In this document: piece by piece, positions 58,460 through 64,000 of the stretch
How the letters are laid out: each line of letters starts with the position of its first letter
How positions within the stretch are numbered: position 1 is the first letter of the stretch
Program-made: the position numbers and the translations under genes
Notes under the pieces: generated by a model
What the model was told of the DNA's origin: nothing
Seen by the model: the letters and a program-made list of their open reading frames with translations, nothing else
Databases searched by the model: none
NCBI GenBank assembly: GCA_001029735.1
Contig: CP011213.1
Location: forward strand, 524,613-588,612
Source of the DNA: Berkelbacteria bacterium GW2011_GWE1_39_12
GTDB lineage: Bacteria; Patescibacteriota; UBA1384; UBA12157
Direction: 5' to 3'
DNA length: 64,000 nucleotides

Positions 58460-59797
58460 ATGAACAAAGAAATATCTCAAAAAAACGCTAGCATTTCGGC
58501 GATTATTCCTGCATTTAATGAAGCCAAGACAGTATGCAAAGTAATCGAGGAAGTATTGAAGCTCAGAGAAGTCTCAGAGCTTATTTTGGTGAATGATGCT
58601 AGTACGGATCAAACTGAAACTAAAATTAAAAAATATAAAGACGATCCTCGCTTTATTTGTATTCGTCACAACAAAAATAAGGGTAAGGGAGACTCTTTAA
58701 GGGACGGTATTGCGAAAGCAAAGAATGAGGTAATATTGCTTTTAGATGCTGATTTAAGAAATATTACTTCCCAAAAAATACGTAAAATTTTCTCGCCCGT
58801 TCTACGAGGCGAAGTTGATGTTGCTCGCGCTGGCTTTCGAAGGAAAAGAGGCCGTGTGACTGAGTATGCCGTAAAGCCAATGATGAAAGTTCTTTTTCCA
58901 GATATTAATTTTGAACAACCGATTAGTGGACAGATTTGTGCTAAAAAGAACTTTTTGAACCAAGTTAAATTTGAAAGTCGCTACGGTGTGGATATCGGCT
59001 TACTCTTCGATGCGATTGAGTTGGGTCAGAAGGTAATTGAAGTTGATATCGGAAGATTAGAGCATAAAGAGAATAACGAAGAAACAATTACGGAAATGTC
59101 ACGTCAAGTATTAGAGACCATGATCAAAAAAGCTGGGTTAATTCAGCATAAATATCGTTTGGTTGTTTTTACTTTAGATAACACTCTTTTACCGCAAAAA
59201 TCACTCGAAAAAATTTTTATCGCCTTGGGTATAAAAACAAAACAAATTGATTTGAAGCAAAAATTAGATTCGGGAGACATCACATTCAAAGAATTTATTA
59301 AAGATTCTGCCGCTTTACTTAAAGACGTCCCGATTGAAAAAATCGACAAAGCTGTAAACGAAGTAGAGGTCATGAAATACGCATACGAAGTAATCCATGC
59401 GCTTAAAAAAAGAAGATATCAAGTTGCTATAATTAGTTCTAATTTTTCACCTATCGTCTACCCAATTGCAAAACGGCTAGGTGTTGATCTGGTTGATTGC
59501 GTTTCGTTAGAGAGCCATAATCATCAAATACTCACGGGCAATATTTACAACCGTTCGGCAAATCGTTGGCTTGAAGATAATGCAGAGACGGCTTTCTCAA
59601 AAGCATTTACTTCAATTTTAAACCGTGCAAAAGTAAAACCTTTGCAGACAATAATGGTGGCAAATAGTGAAAAATGCAGTGCACTTTTCCTCAAGGCCGG
59701 ACTTTCAATTGCTTTTAAGCCAAAAGATAAATCATTAAAAGAAGTTGCGAATAAGACTATTTCAATTTTGCCAGAACTTTTGGCAATCATGGAATAA
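58460..59797 (+). CDS. Bifunctional-looking protein: N-terminal GT2-family glycosyltransferase domain fused to a C-terminal HAD-superfamily hydrolase-like domain
   Basis: 'ISAIIPAFNEAKTV...LVNDASTDQT...LLLDADL' (GT-A, DxD). C-terminal 'LVVFTLDNTLL' (HAD motif I-like) and 'AIISSNFSP'. Confidence 0.65.
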   Translation: MNKEISQKNASISAIIPAFNEAKTVCKVIEEVLKLREVSELILVNDASTDQTETKIKKYKDDPRFICIRHNKNKGKGDSLRDGIAKAKNEVILLLDADLRNITSQKIRKIFSPVLRGEVDVARAGFRRKRGRVTEYAVKPMMKVLFPDINFEQPISGQICAKKNFLNQVKFESRYGVDIGLLFDAIELGQKVIEVDIGRLEHKENNEETITEMSRQVLETMIKKAGLIQHKYRLVVFTLDNTLLPQKSLEKIFIALGIKTKQIDLKQKLDSGDITFKEFIKDSAALLKDVPIEKIDKAVNEVEVMKYAYEVIHALKKRRYQVAIISSNFSPIVYPIAKRLGVDLVDCVSLESHNHQILTGNIYNRSANRWLEDNAETAFSKAFTSILNRAKVKPLQTIMVANSEKCSALFLKAGLSIAFKPKDKSLKEVANKTISILPELLAIME

Positions 59798-59814
59798 AAT
59801 TATTTAGGAAAAAA

Positions 59815-60846
59815 ATGCCCGAAAGTCTCAATTTCGAAGGTATTTCTCAGCCAGAATTCAATGAAAGAGAAGAAAAGAAACCTATAGACGCTTTGGTTGT
59901 TTTTGGTGGAGGGATTGTTTCTGACAATTCTTATAGAGCTAGAGAAAGTGGCAAGTCTTTGATAGGCCATCCGGAAGGTGGTTGGCGTTTACCTTTGAGT
60001 GCCAAATTAAGAGTATTAGCTACTGCAGATTTATTTTCAAAAGGGATGGTTGGCGATGTGATTTTAACCGGAGGAGCGGTCAAAGAGAAGGAAGGTTTTT
60101 TAACCTCCGAAGCTGCTTTAATGAAGAAATATCTTCGCCAAAAATTAATTCATAAATGGCAAAGAGAAGCGCTTGAAATTGCTCGAAGCCATGGTGAAGT
60201 TTCAGATGAAAAAGAAGGGCAAGCAAGACAAAGCGCGGAAGAAAAATGGTTAGAATCTGAACCGCATATTATTCTAGAAGATAAGGCAACGAATACAATT
60301 GAGAATTTTGCATATACTGTAAATTATCTAGAAAAAAATAAAGCAAAATATCAAAATATTTCTTTGCTTTCAAATAATTTTCATATTGATCGGATCACTA
60401 AGCTGGCTAAAAAATTTGCAGTTGATGGGAAAGGAATTGGCGCGGAAACTATAATGTCTCAAATTGACCCAAGATATGATCAACTGATACAAAACTATCT
60501 AAATCCGGAAAAAAATGATGAGTATAGACAGGAAATAATTGATTCTGTGCCCGACGAAGAAAAGCAAAAATATCTAGCTCGTTTAGGCGGATCAGCAAAA
60601 GATGCGATGAAAAGTGAGAAGCGTTTTAGTCGAGGGCTTGATGAAATTCCGGAGTATTGGCTGCCGAATGTAAAGCATATTGAAAATTTTGATTATCTAA
60701 AGCAGATTTTAGCAGCAGAGGAAAAGACTCAGGAAGTATTAGAAGAGAAGGGAATTCCAAATGTAAATGAGGCGAGTGAAGAAGAAGTGAGAAACGTTTT
60801 AGATAATTTAGAGAGAATAATTCCGCCTGAAGAATGGGGAGAATAA
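59815..60846 (+). CDS. DUF218 (YdcF/SanA/ElyC-like) domain protein
   Basis: 'IDALVVFGGGI...DVILTGGAV...SEAALMKKYL'. Confidence 0.6.
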   Translation: MPESLNFEGISQPEFNEREEKKPIDALVVFGGGIVSDNSYRARESGKSLIGHPEGGWRLPLSAKLRVLATADLFSKGMVGDVILTGGAVKEKEGFLTSEAALMKKYLRQKLIHKWQREALEIARSHGEVSDEKEGQARQSAEEKWLESEPHIILEDKATNTIENFAYTVNYLEKNKAKYQNISLLSNNFHIDRITKLAKKFAVDGKGIGAETIMSQIDPRYDQLIQNYLNPEKNDEYRQEIIDSVPDEEKQKYLARLGGSAKDAMKSEKRFSRGLDEIPEYWLPNVKHIENFDYLKQILAAEEKTQEVLEEKGIPNVNEASEEEVRNVLDNLERIIPPEEWGE

Positions 60847-60848
60847 TA

Positions 60849-61943
60849 ATGGATAAATTAAAAATTGCGGTTTTGGCGCCGTTAACGCGCCCAATTGAAA
60901 ACGACCCACGAGGTGCAAGAGCTCGGATTGTTTACGATTTAGTGAAGGGTTTAGTTGAAAAAGGTCATGAAGTGACTACTTTTTGCACGGGTAATTCGAC
61001 AATTCCTGGAAAAATAGTACCGATTGCCCCTGTCGCGGTATTTCAAATGGATGCAGAGAACCCGTTTTATCAGCACATGATTTATTTATGTCGAATGATG
61101 GATGAGGTTATAAAGCGTGAGGGTGAATTCGATTTGATACACAGTCACCTTTATCCTGAAGTATTGCCCATTACTTTTGATCAGTTTTTGAAAAAACCTT
61201 TGTTAGTTACTCCTCATCAATTTGTTTCTGGTGAAGTTGCCGAGAACTATAAGGCTCATTCTAAAGCAAGCTATATTGCTGTATCTAATTATCAAGTTCA
61301 AGAGGAACCACAGATTAACTTCATTGGAACTGTCCACAACGGTGTTGCTTTAAATGAATTCGATTTCAATGATAGCTCTGAAGATTATTTATTATTTTTT
61401 GGTCGCATGAAAGAATTTGTTGAAATTGACGGTAAGAGTGTTGATCCAAAAGGCGTAACGAACGCCATTAAAATTGCCCAAAAAGCTGGTATGCGACTGA
61501 AAATTGCTGGAAATGTTGAATCTCAAGCATTCTTTGATAGAGAAATTAAACCTTATCTTGGCGAACAAATTGAATTTGTTGGTCCAATCGACTCTTTTGG
61601 TCCAATATCAGTAGAGCAAAAAGTTAAATTATACAAAAATGCCAAAGCATTTTTATTTCCGATAAATTTAGTTGAAGCATTTGGTATGACAATGCTTGAA
61701 TCAATGGCCTGTGGCACACCGGTCATCGGCTCAGATTTAGGCGCAACTTCAGAAGCTATCATCGATGGCAAAACTGGTTTTCTTGTACCACCTGGCGATA
61801 TTGATGCCGCAGTAGCAGCAGCTAAGAAAATCGATCAAATTGATCGAAAAAATTGTCGCAAACATATTGAAGAAAATTTCACAGTCGAAAAAATGGTGGC
61901 AGAGTACGAAGGAATGTATCAAAAAGTACTAAAGACTAATTAA
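60849..61943 (+). CDS. Glycosyltransferase family 1 (GT4-like)
   Basis: 'EAFGMTMLESMACGTPVIGSDLGATSEAIIDGKTGFLV' E-x7-E motif. Confidence 0.8.
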   Translation: MDKLKIAVLAPLTRPIENDPRGARARIVYDLVKGLVEKGHEVTTFCTGNSTIPGKIVPIAPVAVFQMDAENPFYQHMIYLCRMMDEVIKREGEFDLIHSHLYPEVLPITFDQFLKKPLLVTPHQFVSGEVAENYKAHSKASYIAVSNYQVQEEPQINFIGTVHNGVALNEFDFNDSSEDYLLFFGRMKEFVEIDGKSVDPKGVTNAIKIAQKAGMRLKIAGNVESQAFFDREIKPYLGEQIEFVGPIDSFGPISVEQKVKLYKNAKAFLFPINLVEAFGMTMLESMACGTPVIGSDLGATSEAIIDGKTGFLVPPGDIDAAVAAAKKIDQIDRKNCRKHIEENFTVEKMVAEYEGMYQKVLKTN

Positions 61944-62706
61944 ACCAAAACTCCAAACCTCTTTTTTGGTCGACTCTTTCCCATAAATGAAGTGGTAGTA
62001 TCTGTTTGGCTTCCGCTGTGCTTGGGATCGGCAGATGATGTTTATTTCTAACAAGGTTTAAGTTTTTTTTTCTTAAATCAAATTCAACGCTAGAAGTTAA
62101 ACTCTCATTGTGGACAATAGCAGTAGTCATTATTTCAGGTATATATCCGAATTTTGCATCAAGCTTTAAAAAATTTAACCACAAATCATAATCCTCACTA
62201 GTAAAAAGATCAAAATCATAACCACTCGACTTTAAATAGATTTCTTTTTTGTAACAAGCGGTAGGATTAAAAATGTAGTTATAGATTCTTTGCAATTTTG
62301 GATTGTGCTCACAGGATGTAAGAATTTCCGATTTGCCATCTCTGATAATTTCCATATCGCCGTATATTACATCTAAAAAAGGCTTTTGACTGATGTATTG
62401 GGATAGAACCTCGAGGCGGTTGATTCTGTTAATATTATCGGAGTCAGCAATAACAATATAATCGCCGCTAGCTTGACGGATGCCAAAGTCACGTGCGGCC
62501 CCTGGTCCAGTATTGCTAACTAATTTCTTATAAATAATTCTTTGATCTTTGAAAGTCTCGACTATTGCCTCAGTTTCGTCAGTACTATGATCGTCAACTA
62601 CGATCAATTCCCAATCGGTGTAAGTCTGATTTATAATTGAATCGATGCTTTGCTTAAGAAAGCCCGCTCTATTTTTAGTTGGCATAATAAACGTAAATTT
62701 ACTCAT
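61936..62706 (-). CDS. Glycosyltransferase family 2
   Basis: 'FTFIMPTKNRAGFLKQSIDSIINQTYTDWELIVVDDHSTDET'. Confidence 0.8.
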   Translation of the reverse strand: MSKFTFIMPTKNRAGFLKQSIDSIINQTYTDWELIVVDDHSTDETEAIVETFKDQRIIYKKLVSNTGPGAARDFGIRQASGDYIVIADSDNINRINRLEVLSQYISQKPFLDVIYGDMEIIRDGKSEILTSCEHNPKLQRIYNYIFNPTACYKKEIYLKSSGYDFDLFTSEDYDLWLNFLKLDAKFGYIPEIMTTAIVHNESLTSSVEFDLRKKNLNLVRNKHHLPIPSTAEAKQILPLHLWERVDQKRGLEFWFN

Positions 62707-62753
62707 ATTTTTTCTCTCTTTCTGTTATAATTATACCAGAAAGAATATTTACT

Positions 62754-63608
62754 ATGAAACAACCAAAAATTGGAATCGTTGGATATTTTGGCCACGAAAA
62801 TGCAGGCGATGAAATAATGAAGGATTTGATGCTTGCCGAGTTTCCAAATTCCGTGGCTATGAATCTTGGGAAGCTAGAGAAATGCGATGCCTATATTATC
62901 GCTGGTGGCGATTTGATAACTAAATATCACGGACTCCATCTGCCTGAAATATGGAATTCAGTGACAGACGAACCGTGTTACGCTTTGTCACTTGGCGTTA
63001 AGCCAGGTTGGGAGGTTTTACAGGATCAAGTGATTAACCATTTAAAAAAATTTCGCATCGTCTATGTGCGAGATCAAAAATCTTTTGATGTCTTGTCAAA
63101 ATATAGTACTCTCGACGGCGTGATGCCTGATCTGGTTTTTTTGGCTGATGCAGCTAAGGCTACCGAAAATTATCCGATTTTATTCAATTATACTGATAGA
63201 CCGGAGCTCAATCCCAATGGCCAATTTGAGGATGTTTTAAATTCTGGCGAAGTTTTTCCAATTGCGCTTTCTCCGGATTTTGACACTAATTACTCCAAAA
63301 AAATCGTTGACGCTAAAAAGTTTATTTCGATGGCTAAATCATCAAAGGGTGTGATTGGTACGAGACTGCACTCAGTGGTTATGGCGGTAATAGCTGATGT
63401 TCCGGTTGTAGCCATTACTTATGAAGAAAAAGTTAGAAAATTTTGTGAGCGTTATGATATACCGTGCTTCGAATATGGCCAAAAAAACGGTAAGGAAATT
63501 TTAGAAAGCATGAAAAAAACAAACATTGATTTAGAGTCTGAAAGAACGAAAATTAGAACAGTGATTAACATGATTAAGGAAGACTTATTAAGCAGAGAAT
63601 GGAATTAA
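62754..63608 (+). CDS. Polysaccharide pyruvyl transferase (CsaB/WcaK-like)
   Basis: 'IGIVGYFGHENAGDEIM' and 'IGTRLHSVVMAVIADVPVVAI' PS_pyruv_trans signatures. Confidence 0.7.
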   Translation: MKQPKIGIVGYFGHENAGDEIMKDLMLAEFPNSVAMNLGKLEKCDAYIIAGGDLITKYHGLHLPEIWNSVTDEPCYALSLGVKPGWEVLQDQVINHLKKFRIVYVRDQKSFDVLSKYSTLDGVMPDLVFLADAAKATENYPILFNYTDRPELNPNGQFEDVLNSGEVFPIALSPDFDTNYSKKIVDAKKFISMAKSSKGVIGTRLHSVVMAVIADVPVVAITYEEKVRKFCERYDIPCFEYGQKNGKEILESMKKTNIDLESERTKIRTVINMIKEDLLSREWN

Positions 63609-63633
63609 TTTGATTCAGCCGGACAATAAAAAA

Positions 63634-64000
63634 ATGAAGATTCTTATTCTATCTTCTGAAGTAACGCCACTAATAAAAGCAGGCGGGCTTGGTGATGTGA
63701 CTGGGTCGTTACCTAAAGCGCTGGTTAAACAGTATGACTTAGACATCATCATCATGATTCCGAAGTATAAAAGCTTCGATGATAAAAAAAATCCAAATCA
63801 AAAAATAATCTCAAAATTTGAAATTACCTTGCCAAGCGGCGAAAAATATTTTATTGATGTTTACAAAACTCCTCTACCACAAACTAATATCTCGGTTTAT
63901 ATGATTGACATGCCAAAATTTTTCAACGGTGACGGCGTGTATAGCCATCATCCCGAAATCAATAACATCCAGTGGGTTAATTTTTCGAAAGCCGCATTGG
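63634..64000 (+). CDS. glgA: Glycogen/starch synthase (GT5, GlgA-like). Only the N-terminal fragment is present, because the gene runs off the window end.
   Basis: 'MKILILSSEVTPLIKAGGLGDVTGSLPKAL' canonical GlgA N-terminus. No stop before nt 64000. Confidence 0.75.
   Translation, partial: MKILILSSEVTPLIKAGGLGDVTGSLPKALVKQYDLDIIIMIPKYKSFDDKKNPNQKIISKFEITLPSGEKYFIDVYKTPLPQTNISVYMIDMPKFFNGDGVYSHHPEINNIQWVNFSKAAL

Overview
This is an AT-rich (~35-38% GC by eye) bacterial chromosomal window, densely coding on both strands. Shine-Dalgarno sites are strong (GGAGG/AAGGA) and GTG/TTG starts are common. The gene content (FtsH, MurJ, LepA, enolase/GpmA, DnaK/DnaJ/GrpE, RuvC, YebC, ComEC, small DUF-type membrane proteins) and a giant FN3-rich surface protein resemble a small-genome, Patescibacteria/CPR-like organism. 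That taxonomic placement is an inference and not proven here.

Main content:
- A >3,000-aa surface protein whose ORF is open at the left window edge, with a TM/CarboxypepD_reg-like C-terminal anchor.
- A convergent L,D-transpeptidase gene.
- tRNA-Ile with an unusual UAU anticodon, plus an adjacent duplicated tRNA 3' half that carries a 28-nt hairpin insert.
- Initiator and elongator tRNA-Met (CAU).
- Three tandem paralogs combining cohesin-like and dockerin-like modules (a possible self-assembling surface scaffold).
- A Ku/split-LigD NHEJ operon.
- A Ca-type P-type ATPase.
- A metal-homeostasis locus (DUF134-DUF5320 fusion regulator, a second DUF5320, a split CcdA, ZupT) behind an elaborate promoter/operator/tandem-repeat region.
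- Dispersed chaperone genes (DnaJ, DnaK, GrpE) with no CIRCE element.
- A split ComEC.
- A glycan/glycogen cluster (GalT, a GT2-HAD fusion, DUF218, GT4, GT2, a pyruvyl transferase, and GlgA truncated at the right window edge).

Several higher-GC (~47%) genes of unknown function are embedded in the AT-rich background. No rRNA, CRISPR array, integrase or transposase was recognised.
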